Notes under the pieces: generated by a model
Told to the model about the DNA's origin: nothing
The model's input: only the letters and a program-made list of their open reading frames with translations
The model's database searches: none
Part shown: positions 38,273 to 47,180 of the stretch, in pieces
Numbering within the stretch: the stretch's first letter is position 1
How the letters are laid out: every line of letters starts with the position of its first letter
Assembly (NCBI GenBank): GCA_023429785.1
Contig: JAEZDD010000003.1
Coordinates: 199,402-263,401, forward strand
Source of the DNA: Bacillota bacterium
Lineage (GTDB): Bacteria > Bacillota > Clostridia > Oscillospirales > Ruminococcaceae
Length of the DNA stretch: 64,000 nucleotides
Direction of reading: 5' to 3'
Program-made: the position numbers and the translations under genes

Positions 38273-38381
38273 TTTTTTCTCCCATTGTTTTTTTGTTGTT
38301 ATTATTTATTATTATAAAATATATTAATAGAAATGGCAAGTTTTATTGTTGACCTTTGCCTTTCTGTTTTGAGGTGATTTT

Positions 38382-39146
38382 ATGCAGGGTCAAAGACTCT
38401 TGCCCATTGCAATAAATGTCGGGAAGCTTATGCTTGAATGCGGAGCTGAAATTTATCGTGTTGAGGAATCTATTATCCGAATTTGTAAGGCATATGGCGC
38501 TAAAAGCGTCGAAGTCTTCGCGATACCGTCTAGTATAATTGTGACCCTTAATATGGACGGGGACGAGTTCATTACGCTATCAAAAAGAGTTTTTGTTAAA
38601 GAAACGGACCTAGACAAGATGGATAAGCTGAACGGTCTCTCAAGATTAATATGCAGCAGCTACCCTGAGGCTGATGAGATAGAAGAAAAAATTGATGAAA
38701 TAATGAATAGCAAGGTATATAATCAGCCAATAATTTTATTAGCATACGCAATAACCCCCGCAACCTTCTGCTTCTTTTTCGGCGGGAACCTTAAAGACGC
38801 CGCCTCGGCATTAATTATCGGCATAATTATTAAATTCACATTAGATGGATTAATAAGATTTAATGCAAATGTAATATTTACTAACATTATTTGCAGCGCT
38901 GTTGGCTCGATTTTTGCTATACTTTGTGTTAGAATAGGAATAGCTGATAATCATGACAAAATTATTATCGGGACAATAATGCTCCTAGTCCCCGGCTTGA
39001 TTTTAACAAATTCAATGAGAAGCTTCATGATGGGTGACCTGATGGCCGGAATGCTTTTGCTTATTGAAGCCTTGCTTGTTGCTATAGGAATAGCAATTGG
39101 TGTTGCGCTCATTCTTACCATTTTCGGCGTCAACACATTTTCTTGA
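38382..39146 (+). CDS. Threonine/serine exporter family protein (ThrE N-terminal, DUF1212-type)
   Basis: 254 aa starting GKLMLECGAEIYRVEESIIRICKAYG, then TM helices. Confidence 0.85.
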   Translation: MQGQRLLPIAINVGKLMLECGAEIYRVEESIIRICKAYGAKSVEVFAIPSSIIVTLNMDGDEFITLSKRVFVKETDLDKMDKLNGLSRLICSSYPEADEIEEKIDEIMNSKVYNQPIILLAYAITPATFCFFFGGNLKDAASALIIGIIIKFTLDGLIRFNANVIFTNIICSAVGSIFAILCVRIGIADNHDKIIIGTIMLLVPGLILTNSMRSFMMGDLMAGMLLLIEALLVAIGIAIGVALILTIFGVNTFS

Positions 39147-39161
39147 GAATGAGGGCTTTAT

Positions 39162-39632
39162 ATGAAAATTTTTCTTGAATGCTTTTATTCTTTCGTCGGC
39201 TCTATTTGCTTCGCTGTTATATTTAACATCAAGGGCAAAAAAGTAATTTTCGCCGGACTTGGCGGGGCGTTAAGTCAATTTGCTTACGTTTTCCTTGGTT
39301 TTGTTTTCACCTCTGAAATAACTCAATATCTTTTTGCAACTATTATTACCGCAATTTATGCGGAAATTATGGCTAGGCTTAATAAGTCGCCGGCGATTGT
39401 ATTCCTCGTTCCATCAATTATTCCTCTGGTTCCCGGCGGAATGATGTATTATTCAATGGAGCTTTGTATAGCCGGAAAAACCGATGATTTCATAAAGCTT
39501 CTTCTTGAAACTATCGGCGTCGCAGGTTCACTCGCAATGGGGATACTTATTGTTTCTTCTGTTAATAAGGTTTTAAGAGTGGCTTCAAACAGACGAAATA
39601 AACTTTTTAAAAAAAAGAAAACCGTTTTATAA
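39162..39632 (+). CDS. Threonine/serine exporter family protein (DUF3815-type partner)
   Basis: 156 aa, polytopic, adjacent to the DUF1212-type gene as is usual for split ThrE. Confidence 0.85.
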   Translation: MKIFLECFYSFVGSICFAVIFNIKGKKVIFAGLGGALSQFAYVFLGFVFTSEITQYLFATIITAIYAEIMARLNKSPAIVFLVPSIIPLVPGGMMYYSMELCIAGKTDDFIKLLLETIGVAGSLAMGILIVSSVNKVLRVASNRRNKLFKKKKTVL

Positions 39633-39641
39633 ATAAATTAT

Positions 39642-40745
39642 TTGAAAGGAATGGTGGGCAGCATGCTCAAAAAGGTCGCGTCAATATTCCTGGCTCTTGC
39701 CATTATATCATGCTTCGCTGCCTCAGTTTTTGCTGAAGATAAAACTAATAATAAATCCTCCCCGACTTCGATGCTGGTTTTAGGGGATTCAATTTCAACA
39801 GGCTATGGGCTTCAAAACTATAATCTTGATATGACAAAAACGACAAGCTATGCGAATCTTTTGGCTCAAAAGTATTCTGTCAAAAATACATATTTTAATA
39901 TGGCATTTGACGGACAAACATCAGAGCAGCTCGCAAGCAATTTAAACCGCAAGCTTTATGACGATTATATAAAAAAATCGGATGTAATCCTGATTTCAAT
40001 CGGCGGTAATGACGTCATGGACATCCTGAGCAAGGCTGTGATTGAAGCACTGGGAATGAGCAAGAATTCAACGGTAATGGACATTAAAAATATTGACTTC
40101 ACTAATACTCAGGTATATAAAAATCTGATAAACTACATTACATCCAATAAATTGAATATTCTTCGCAAGCAGATTGTTTCAGAATTTCAAAAGAATTTTC
40201 TGACTATTTATCAATACATCCATAAATTAAACCCGAATGCTTATCTTATTTTTCAGACAGTTTATAACCCTTTCAGCGGAGTTAAAAATATTGAAATCGT
40301 CAATAATCTCGCCGAGCTGATTATCCCTCGTGTCAATAAGATAATCACTTCAAATTCAACAGTAAGGATAGACGGAAAAACCGAAAAAATGTATGATTAC
40401 ATTGACACCTATAGTGCTTTTTATTCAAAGGCAAGTCAGTATACTAATATCTTAAACTTGGATATTCACCCTAATGCCGATGGCCATAAGGTGATTTTTG
40501 AAATGTGTGACAAGCTGATATCAAAGCATTATAATATAGCGACAGATGTAATTCTTAATCAGCCTCAAGCCTCAATCAAAAACTCAGCCTCAAGCAGCAA
40601 TAATTTAACCGGCAATGCAATAATGTCAAGCACTAATGTCGGCAATTCAATTCAAAGAACTTTTATTATTATGATTTCAACCGGCGTTTTTGGGATAACT
40701 TTACTTGCGGTTTATATGTATAAGAAAAAGAATAAGAAGAAATAA
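39642..40745 (+). CDS. Secreted or anchored SGNH/GDSL hydrolase family protein
   Basis: Signal peptide, a GDSIS block (LVLGDSISTGYG), GGND, a late DxxH-like HPNADGH, and a C-terminal TM helix plus KKKNKKK. The probable true start is ATG 39663 (MLKKVAS). Confidence 0.8.
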   Translation: MKGMVGSMLKKVASIFLALAIISCFAASVFAEDKTNNKSSPTSMLVLGDSISTGYGLQNYNLDMTKTTSYANLLAQKYSVKNTYFNMAFDGQTSEQLASNLNRKLYDDYIKKSDVILISIGGNDVMDILSKAVIEALGMSKNSTVMDIKNIDFTNTQVYKNLINYITSNKLNILRKQIVSEFQKNFLTIYQYIHKLNPNAYLIFQTVYNPFSGVKNIEIVNNLAELIIPRVNKIITSNSTVRIDGKTEKMYDYIDTYSAFYSKASQYTNILNLDIHPNADGHKVIFEMCDKLISKHYNIATDVILNQPQASIKNSASSSNNLTGNAIMSSTNVGNSIQRTFIIMISTGVFGITLLAVYMYKKKNKKK

Positions 40746-40758
40746 AATAATGAAATAT

Positions 40759-40792
40759 AAAAAAGGTATTGGATAATTCCAATACCTTTTTA
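40759..40792. terminator. Bidirectional terminator between convergent genes
   Basis: AAAAGGTATTGGA-TAAT-TCCAATACCTTTT. Confidence 0.8.
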
Positions 40793-40810
40793 TGTAACTA
40801 ATAAAAATTA

Positions 40811-41320
40811 TTATTTGTAGAATGCGAACTTGCCGATTATTGGAAGCGGCTTATCCTTGTTGTTAACAACATTCATAATGCCCATAATCATTAATACAAG
40901 AACTGCAATTCCTAATGCCCAGCTTAGTAATCCAAATAATGCAATTACCCATCCAGCTGTTTCATAAGTACCTGTTCTGTATCCCCAAAGAACTATTTCA
41001 GTCTTGAAAATAGAAGCAAAAATAGCACGAAGGATTGAAATTACAATTAAACCACCAATTGAAAGAATTGACAAAATAATACCCTGTCCAACATTGAATT
41101 TTACTCTTGGGTCATTCTTTTCTTGAACGAATAATCCAATCAGCCATAGAATACCGATATATGCCAAAATCGAATAAGTTTTCTTGTTATCAGTTGCCTG
41201 TGCAGTAAACTGATAATTATTCTGTGCTGGCTGTTGAGCTTGCTGAGTGCTTGCTTGTTGTTCACATGAACATACTTGACCGTCCTCAACTTGAGAACCA
41301 CATTTTGTACAAAAAGCCAC
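40811..41320 (-). CDS. Zinc-ribbon plus multi-TM (DUF4870-like) membrane protein
   Basis: GTG start with AGGAGG 8 nt upstream. N-terminal CxxC...CxC ribbon (FCTKCGSQVEDGQVCSC), a Q-rich linker, then TM helices. Confidence 0.65.
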   Translation of the reverse strand: MAFCTKCGSQVEDGQVCSCEQQASTQQAQQPAQNNYQFTAQATDNKKTYSILAYIGILWLIGLFVQEKNDPRVKFNVGQGIILSILSIGGLIVISILRAIFASIFKTEIVLWGYRTGTYETAGWVIALFGLLSWALGIAVLVLMIMGIMNVVNNKDKPLPIIGKFAFYK

Positions 41321-41565
41321 GAAATCATCCTCCTAAAATTTTTATGAATAACATTGCTATTCACTAAAATTATATTTTAATAAGGATAAAAATTCAAGTA
41401 GTATTTAACTTATTTTAAATATTTTGTTAAAATATACAAATTATTACACCAAAAAATAGCTATTTTTAAGCATTTATTAATTTAAAATATCCGGCAAGCA
41501 GACTATCAACATTGTAACATTTTTATTGTTACCTTAATGCTAGCTAATTCGTCACAAAGGTGTCT

Positions 41566-41610
41566 AAATAGAAAAACACGTTGAAGGTGAAGCTCACAAA
41601 CAACGTGTTT
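41566..41610 (-). terminator. Terminator downstream of tRNA-Pro
   Basis: Minus strand AAACACGTT-19 nt-AACGTGTTT followed by TTCTATTT. Confidence 0.6.
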
Positions 41611-41612
41611 AA

Positions 41613-41689
41613 TGGTCGGAGTAGTGAGACTCGAACTCACGGCATCTAACTCCCGAAGCTAGCACTCTACCAAACTGAGTTATACCCCG
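41613..41689 (-). tRNA. tRNA-Pro (anticodon CGG), CCA encoded
   Basis: Hand-folded cloverleaf: acceptor CGGGGTA/TACTCCG, D arm ACTC..GAGT, anticodon stem CTAGC/GTTAG with loop TTCGGGA, T arm GTGAG-TTCGAGT-CTCAC, discriminator A plus CCA. Confidence 0.9.
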
Positions 41690-41697
41690 ACTTATCT

Positions 41698-41725
41698 ATT
41701 TTATCACATTTTAAACAAATTTCAA
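41698..41725 (-). promoter_or_regulatory. Putative promoter of tRNA-Pro
   Basis: Minus strand TTGAAA-16-TGaTAAAAT (extended -10). The predicted TSS lies only 2-3 nt before the mature 5' end. Confidence 0.5.
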
Positions 41726-41743
41726 TACTTTATAAAAAATTTT

Positions 41744-42025
41744 TTAAATATCAATAATTATTGCATCCTCAACTTTCATATCATTGCTTTGCTTCTTTTT
41801 AATGTCGCTTTTTTTTGCATTCAAAAATACAGTATCAAATATGCCGCTGAAAAAGCTATAGGTTTTCCCGAAGGCTTTAAAAATGCTTTTCTTTTTCTTT
41901 CTATTTTTATTTTTATTGTCGGATGGCTTTTCTCTTGTAAATAAATACGCAACAAGCAAAGAAACAATTGCAATGACAACAGCTTTTGCGTTAATTATAT
42001 TGTTTTCAGTTTTAACCTTATACAT
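41744..42025 (-). CDS. Hypothetical small Lys-rich membrane protein (93 aa)
   Basis: Internal ATG of track ORF 41744..42280, with RBS GAAAGGTGA. MYKVKTENNIINAKAVVIAIVSLLVAYLF...KNKNRKKKKS. The upstream part of the track ORF overlaps the SRP RNA and is rejected. Confidence 0.45.
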   Translation of the reverse strand: MYKVKTENNIINAKAVVIAIVSLLVAYLFTREKPSDNKNKNRKKKKSIFKAFGKTYSFFSGIFDTVFLNAKKSDIKKKQSNDMKVEDAIIIDI

Positions 42026-42136
42026 AAAGTCACCTTTCAAGTCAGCGAATTTTTTATTAATTTTGCTTATACTAATTATATTATTCTTTTTGACAAAAGG
42101 CAAGATTTTTTCATTGTTAAAACGCAATTTTCCCAC

Positions 42137-42165
42137 TTGAAATAAAAAACCAGATGTGATATAAT
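42137..42165 (+). promoter_or_regulatory. Consensus promoter of the SRP RNA gene
   Basis: TTGAAA-17-TATAAT with an upstream TG (extended -10). Confidence 0.65.
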
Positions 42166-42171
42166 ATAAGT

Positions 42172-42342
42172 CTATTAACGGAATTTTGGCGGTTTGGCCC
42201 TGTTCAATCCGAGATATAGGTGTGCGGGTCCTGTGCAATGAAACACTGTGAATCATGTCAGGCGGGGAACCGAGCAGCATTAAGCGGAACGTTTTGTGTG
42301 CCGCAGATTGCCTGCATGCCTATATGTCGGATTGATTTTTTT
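42172..42342 (+). ncRNA. ffs: Signal recognition particle RNA (4.5S/scRNA-like)
   Basis: GTCAGGCGGGGAACCGAGCAGC...GTGTGCCGCAG...GCCTGC matches the conserved domain IV of E. coli 4.5S RNA (GUCAGGUCCGGAAGGAAGCAGC...GUGUGCCGG). A 17-bp closing helix (42204-42220 with 42319-42335) is followed by a T7 run. The ffs-dnaX-ebfC-recR synteny is the same as in Bacillus. The ends are approximate. Confidence 0.7.
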
Positions 42343-42367
42343 ATAAATTTTAAAGGAGTGTTTGTGA

Positions 42368-43960
42368 ATGTATAAGGCACTATATAGAAAATGGCGTCCT
42401 TTAACCTTTGATGATGTTGTTTCCCAGCCTCATATTACAACCACTTTGAAAAATCAGCTTATCTCTGAAAAAACCGCGCATGCTTATCTTTTCACAGGCT
42501 CAAGGGGGACCGGGAAAACCACCTGTGCCCGTATTTTCGCAAAGACAATTAACTGCCCAAATGAGAAGGGCGGTATGCCTTGTCTTGAATGTGAAATTTG
42601 TAAGGGTGCCGACGCCGGAACTCTTTCGGATATAATCGAAATTGACGCCGCCAGCAACAATGGCGTTGATGACATTCGCGATATTCGTGATTCCGCCATT
42701 TATACCCCTGAGCTATGCAGATATAAAATATACATCATCGACGAGGTTCATATGCTTTCAGCAAATGCCTTCAACGCATTACTGAAAATCATGGAGGAAC
42801 CACCGAGCTATGTTAAATTTATCCTTGCTACCACCGAGGTTCACAAGGTTCCCGCCACTATTTTGTCGCGATGTCAAAGATATGATTTCAGAAGAATTTT
42901 GAATGCTGATATTGTTGAGAGGCTTTTGTTTATTTCCGGCGAAGAAAATATCACCATAGATAAAAATGCGGCAGAATTGATTGCCAGAATTGCCGACGGC
43001 GGAATGAGAGATGCACTTTCGCTTTTAGACCAATGCATCGCTTTTTCTAATAGTGTAACACTTGAAACAGTCAGCGCAGCGGCCGGAATAGCCGGACGTG
43101 ACTATCTGTTCAGTCTTCTTGAAGCTATTGTCAGTCATAATGCCTCAGAGGCAATTTCAATAATCGACAGGCTATATTCCATGTCGAAGGATATGCAGAG
43201 GCTTTGTGAAGAGCTTTTATCCCAGATGCGAAATCTTATGCTAATCAAAACCGTTCCCGAAAAGACTAATCTTTTAGCCTGTATGCCTGACGAAATTGAA
43301 AAGCTCAATGAGCTTTCTGAAAAAATCAGCCTTGAGGGAATTTTACAGAAAATGAATAATTTGCAAGAATGCAATGAAAGACTGACTCGCTCTCTTTCAA
43401 AGAGAATTGAGCTTGAAATGTGTTTAATCAGGCTTTGCACACCTGCTTCTAATATTTCTCCAAATGCCGGTAATATTCAAATCGATAATTCTGAGCTTCT
43501 TGACCGAATTTCTAAAATTGAACAGGCTGTCAGTCGTGGTGAAAATGCTCAAAGCAAGCCGGTCGTCAAAAAGGAAGAGGCAAAGCCCGCTGTCCAAAAT
43601 GAGCCGGGTGTTGATATGTCAAATATCACTCCGAATATGCTGAAGCCACTCGAAAGCTGGCCTGACATACTTGAACAGTTTAACAGGATTAACCCCGCTG
43701 TATCAGGTTCGCTTCAAGGCTCACAGGCATTTGTATATGACAATTTACTGCTGATTATCGCACAGAATGAATTCTTTTTAAAGCTATTTAAGATAAAAGA
43801 GAATGCTATATCTCTTGGTGAGGTTGTTAAGGCTAACTTGGGAAAGTCTTTTGTTATCAGGGCTAAATGCAATGCTTCAACTCAAAATATTGAGGAGAAC
43901 CCTGTGGACAAGCTGATTTCTAAGGCTAAAAAAACTGATATCCAAGTTGAAATAAAATAA
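42368..43960 (+). CDS. dnaX: DNA polymerase III subunit gamma/tau
   Basis: 530 aa with MYKALYRKWRP..F.DVVSQ, GSRGTGKTT, IYIIDEVHMLS and SRCQRYDF motifs. Confidence 0.95.
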   Translation: MYKALYRKWRPLTFDDVVSQPHITTTLKNQLISEKTAHAYLFTGSRGTGKTTCARIFAKTINCPNEKGGMPCLECEICKGADAGTLSDIIEIDAASNNGVDDIRDIRDSAIYTPELCRYKIYIIDEVHMLSANAFNALLKIMEEPPSYVKFILATTEVHKVPATILSRCQRYDFRRILNADIVERLLFISGEENITIDKNAAELIARIADGGMRDALSLLDQCIAFSNSVTLETVSAAAGIAGRDYLFSLLEAIVSHNASEAISIIDRLYSMSKDMQRLCEELLSQMRNLMLIKTVPEKTNLLACMPDEIEKLNELSEKISLEGILQKMNNLQECNERLTRSLSKRIELEMCLIRLCTPASNISPNAGNIQIDNSELLDRISKIEQAVSRGENAQSKPVVKKEEAKPAVQNEPGVDMSNITPNMLKPLESWPDILEQFNRINPAVSGSLQGSQAFVYDNLLLIIAQNEFFLKLFKIKENAISLGEVVKANLGKSFVIRAKCNASTQNIEENPVDKLISKAKKTDIQVEIK

Positions 43961-43987
43961 ACCATATTTATAAAAGGAGTATTTTTT

Positions 43988-44335
43988 ATGAAAGCAAGAT
44001 TACCACAGGGAATGGGCGGAGGCCCGCAAAATATGAACGCAATGCTAAAGCAGGCTCAGAAAATGCAGGATGATATCTCTCTTCTTCAAGCGGATATTGA
44101 AACAAGAGAATTTTCGGCATCTGTTGGCGGCGGGGCTGTTGACATCAAAATCAACGGAAAGCGAAATGTTGTTGCACTTAACATAAAGCCTGAGGTTGTT
44201 GACCCTGAGGATGTTGAAATGCTTCAGGATTTAATCATGAGCGCATTTAACGAGGCAGTTAGAGTTCTTGACGAAACTTCTGAGGCTGAAATGCAAAAGC
44301 TGACCGGCGGAGTTTCTATCCCTGGGTTATTCTAA
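43988..44335 (+). CDS. ebfC: YbaB/EbfC family nucleoid-associated protein
   Basis: 115 aa with [13 protein letters not shown]...GGGAV. Located between dnaX and recR. Confidence 0.93.
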   Translation: MKARLPQGMGGGPQNMNAMLKQAQKMQDDISLLQADIETREFSASVGGGAVDIKINGKRNVVALNIKPEVVDPEDVEMLQDLIMSAFNEAVRVLDETSEAEMQKLTGGVSIPGLF

Positions 44336-44937
44336 TGGCAGAGAGTAATCCGCTCCCACTCATTTTGTTGGCTGAGCATTTTGCTAAGCTCCCCGGAATA
44401 GGGATGAAAACCGCACAGAGGCTTGCTTATTTCATTTTGTCAATGCCTGAAGCTGAGGCGAAAAGCTTCGCTGACGCAATACTTCATGCTCATAAAACAA
44501 TTCACAGCTGTAAAATTTGTCAGAATCTAACCGATGCCGAAACTTGCACCATATGTAATGATACTAGGCGTGACCTTTCGACGATTTGCGTTGTTGAGGG
44601 GCCTAAGGATGTTTCTGCATTTGAGAGAACAAATGAATACAAGGGTGTTTATCACGTTCTTCACGGCTTGATTTCGCCGATTGACGGGGTTACCCCTGAC
44701 AGACTTAGAATTAAAGAATTGCTTTCACGGATTCAAAGCGGGAATGTTGCCGAGGTAATAATGGCTACGAACCCAACCGTTGAGGGTGAGGCAACGGCAA
44801 TGTATATCTCGAGGCTTTTAAAGCCACTCGGGATAAAAGTGACACGTCTTGCATTCGGTATACCCATCGGGGGAATACTTGAATATGCTGATGAGGTTAC
44901 TCTTTTTAAAGCGCTTGAAAACAGAAACGAAATATAA
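44335..44937 (+). CDS. recR: Recombination protein RecR
   Basis: 200 aa with [14 protein letters not shown] (HhH), a C4 zinc finger ([16 protein letters not shown]) and a Toprim domain. Confidence 0.95.
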   Translation: MAESNPLPLILLAEHFAKLPGIGMKTAQRLAYFILSMPEAEAKSFADAILHAHKTIHSCKICQNLTDAETCTICNDTRRDLSTICVVEGPKDVSAFERTNEYKGVYHVLHGLISPIDGVTPDRLRIKELLSRIQSGNVAEVIMATNPTVEGEATAMYISRLLKPLGIKVTRLAFGIPIGGILEYADEVTLFKALENRNEI

Positions 44938-44964
44938 AAGGAACGAGCTTTCGTTCCTTTTTTG
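44937..44964 (+). terminator. Intrinsic terminator after recR
   Basis: AAAGGAACGA-GCTT-TCGTTCCTTT followed by TTTG. tadA starts only about 18 nt later. Confidence 0.8.
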
Positions 44965-44981
44965 CTGATTGAGGTGATTAT

Positions 44982-45449
44982 ATGGACAGGCATGAATTTT
45001 TTATGGAGAAGGCTTTGGAGCTGGCTCTGCAAGCTTATGACATTGGAGAAGTGCCGGTTGGCGCAGTTGTCATAAAAAAATCAACCGATGAAATTGTCGG
45101 AAAAGGTTTCAACCGTCGAGAATGCGACCTTTCGCCGCTTTCTCACGCTGAAATTATCGCAATAGCTCAAGCCAGCAAAACGCTTGGCGGCTGGCGACTG
45201 ATTGACTGTGAGCTTTATGTCACGCTTGAGCCATGCCCTATGTGTACCGGAGCTATCATCAACTCACGAATTGATACTGTGGTTTTTGGGGCATTTGATA
45301 AAAAAGCCGGCTCTTGCGGCTCGGTTATTAATTTATTTGAGCTCCCGTATAATCACAAGGCGGAAGTTTTCAGTGGTGTGCTTGAGGATAAATGCTCCGG
45401 CATTTTAAGCAATTTTTTCAAAGAGCTGAGAAATAAAAAGGGCGGATAA
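44982..45449 (+). CDS. tadA: tRNA adenosine(34) deaminase
   Basis: 155 aa with HAE (SHAEIIAI) and PCPMC (EPCPMCTGA) zinc motifs. Confidence 0.9.
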   Translation: MDRHEFFMEKALELALQAYDIGEVPVGAVVIKKSTDEIVGKGFNRRECDLSPLSHAEIIAIAQASKTLGGWRLIDCELYVTLEPCPMCTGAIINSRIDTVVFGAFDKKAGSCGSVINLFELPYNHKAEVFSGVLEDKCSGILSNFFKELRNKKGG

Positions 45450-45458
45450 CCACTTTTT

Positions 45459-46088
45459 TTATTTCGTTCCAAATATTCTGTCGCCGGCATCACCGAGACC
45501 GGGCACAATATAGCAGTTTTCGTTTAGCCTTTCATCAAGATTCCCGCAATATATTTCAATATCAGGGTGAGCCTCGCTCAATGCCTTCAGCCCCTCCGGC
45601 GCCGCAATAATCGCCATGAATTTAATGCTTGTGCAGCCTCTTTTTTTAATAAAATTGATTGCCGCTATTGCCGAGCCTCCGGTCGCCAGCATAGGGTCAA
45701 GAACGAGCGTCGTCCTCTCACTCATGTTTTCGGGGAGCTTGCAGTAATACTCGTGCGGCTCATGGGTTTCATGGTCACGGAACAACCCGATATGCCCGAT
45801 TTTTGCCGACGGCACAAGTGCAAGTATACCATTCACCATGCCCAGCCCGGCACGGAGGATAGGGACAATCGCAATCTTCTTCCCTGACAGCATTTTAACG
45901 GTTGCTCTTTGAATCGGTGTTTCTATTTCGACGTCTTCAAGAGGGAGGTCTCTCAATGCTTCAAAGCCCATCAGCATTGATATTTCTTCAATTAATCCGC
46001 GAAAATCCTTTGTCCCTGTGTTCACATCACGAAGCAAGGAAATTTTATGCTTTATCAGCGGATGCTCAAAAATTGTGATATTGTTCAT
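45459..46088 (-). CDS. upp: Uracil phosphoribosyltransferase
   Basis: 209 aa with [30 protein letters not shown] and GLGDAGDR motifs. Confidence 0.95.
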   Translation of the reverse strand: MNNITIFEHPLIKHKISLLRDVNTGTKDFRGLIEEISMLMGFEALRDLPLEDVEIETPIQRATVKMLSGKKIAIVPILRAGLGMVNGILALVPSAKIGHIGLFRDHETHEPHEYYCKLPENMSERTTLVLDPMLATGGSAIAAINFIKKRGCTSIKFMAIIAAPEGLKALSEAHPDIEIYCGNLDERLNENCYIVPGLGDAGDRIFGTK

Positions 46089-46216
46089 CTTTATACTTCC
46101 TATTCATAATACTATTAAATTTACATATCAGGTTAAATTAAAAATTTATATCGTACATAATTTTCTAAAGTAATATTATTTCAAAAAATACTTATAATAT
46201 TACTTTTCAAAAAGGC

Positions 46217-47044
46217 TTAGCATGATTTTAGAAAAGCAATTTCTATCCTGTTAATAAGCTTCGTCATATCTTCCTTATGTCTTTTATTTCTGACCTTTTT
46301 AATATTGTCAAGGACAATGTCCCTTGCGTATTCTTTCCGGTTTGTATTAACATAAATTAGCCCTAGATATAAGTCGGCGTTAATTTTGTCTCTTTGACTT
46401 TTTGCATAGCCCTTCGCGTATAAAAAATTGGTCTCAGCTTTTATTAAATTCCCTTGTGAGTATTCAAAGACGCCAAGATTATTGCAAATCGACGAAGCAT
46501 ATTCACCGCGGCAATAATATTTTTCGATGTATTTTTCAGAAAGCTTGAGAACATATTTTGCGTTATCAAGCTGATTTGTCATCACATAATAATATACAAT
46601 ATCGCTGTAAAATTTCGCTTTCATTGAATTAGTCAGGTTTTCAACATCTATACTTTTGACTGTTTCAAAAACCTTTTCATAGTCTCTTTGCTGTTCATAA
46701 TTGTTGGCAAGCAATAGTTGCAACCGTGCCTTTTTTAAAGCGAATTTTTCGCTCGCAATCTGTCTTTCCAGCTCGTTAATATATTCTCTTGAATCTCCGT
46801 GTTCTTTAAAAATTTCACTTAGCTTATTCATTAATATATACTCCCTTATAATATAAGCAATGGAAAGTATGAGCGAAATTACTAATGCGGACTCGAATGC
46901 AGTGAGAAAAAAATAGGTCTGAGAAATACTTATATTAAAAATTAAATTGATTATTACAATTAATCCGCCGATGAAAATACCCGCTATCATTGATATAATA
47001 ACAGCGAATGCAAGCGAAATGCCAGAAAGCTTAAATATGCTCAT
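46217..47044 (-). CDS. Hypothetical membrane-anchored TPR-like protein
   Basis: Two N-terminal TM helices, then helical repeats rich in Y/N/K (TPR-like). The start ATG is preceded by GGGGTG. The track starts the ORF at GTG 47053. Confidence 0.6.
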   Translation of the reverse strand: MSIFKLSGISLAFAVIISMIAGIFIGGLIVIINLIFNISISQTYFFLTAFESALVISLILSIAYIIREYILMNKLSEIFKEHGDSREYINELERQIASEKFALKKARLQLLLANNYEQQRDYEKVFETVKSIDVENLTNSMKAKFYSDIVYYYVMTNQLDNAKYVLKLSEKYIEKYYCRGEYASSICNNLGVFEYSQGNLIKAETNFLYAKGYAKSQRDKINADLYLGLIYVNTNRKEYARDIVLDNIKKVRNKRHKEDMTKLINRIEIAFLKSC

Positions 47045-47139
47045 TAAAAACACCCCTTTACCTCATATATTATCACAATAAATGCCTAATGTAAACAAAA
47101 TGGATGCAGCATTTTTTCTGTTTCTTTATTATGTCCCGA

Positions 47140-47180
47140 ATAATATAAAGCTCTCAACTTTTACGTCAAGAGCTTTATTT
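47140..47180 (-). terminator. Putative terminator after glgA
   Basis: ATAAAGCTCT...AGAGCTTTAT hairpin with only a weak T-tract on the minus strand. Confidence 0.45.

Noticed and set aside
36320-38381. The ABC-F ATPase as an antibiotic-resistance (ARE) ABC-F with an attenuated leader.
   Set aside because: The predicted promoter (TTGCCA-17-TATAAT) leaves a 5' UTR of only about 40 nt, with no leader ORF or terminator. This looks like a housekeeping ABC-F.
42026-42280. N-terminal 85 codons of the 178-aa track ORF 41744..42280 (minus strand).
   Set aside because: This part runs antisense through the SRP RNA gene and its promoter and has no RBS. Only the distal 93-aa part, starting at ATG 42025, has a plausible RBS.
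43540-43600. Programmed -1 frameshift site in dnaX (E. coli-type A AAA AAG) producing a gamma subunit.
   Set aside because: Only C AAA AAG (GTC AAA AAG GAA) is present there, with no obvious downstream stem-loop. It is not a canonical slippery heptamer. I did not exhaustively scan the gene.
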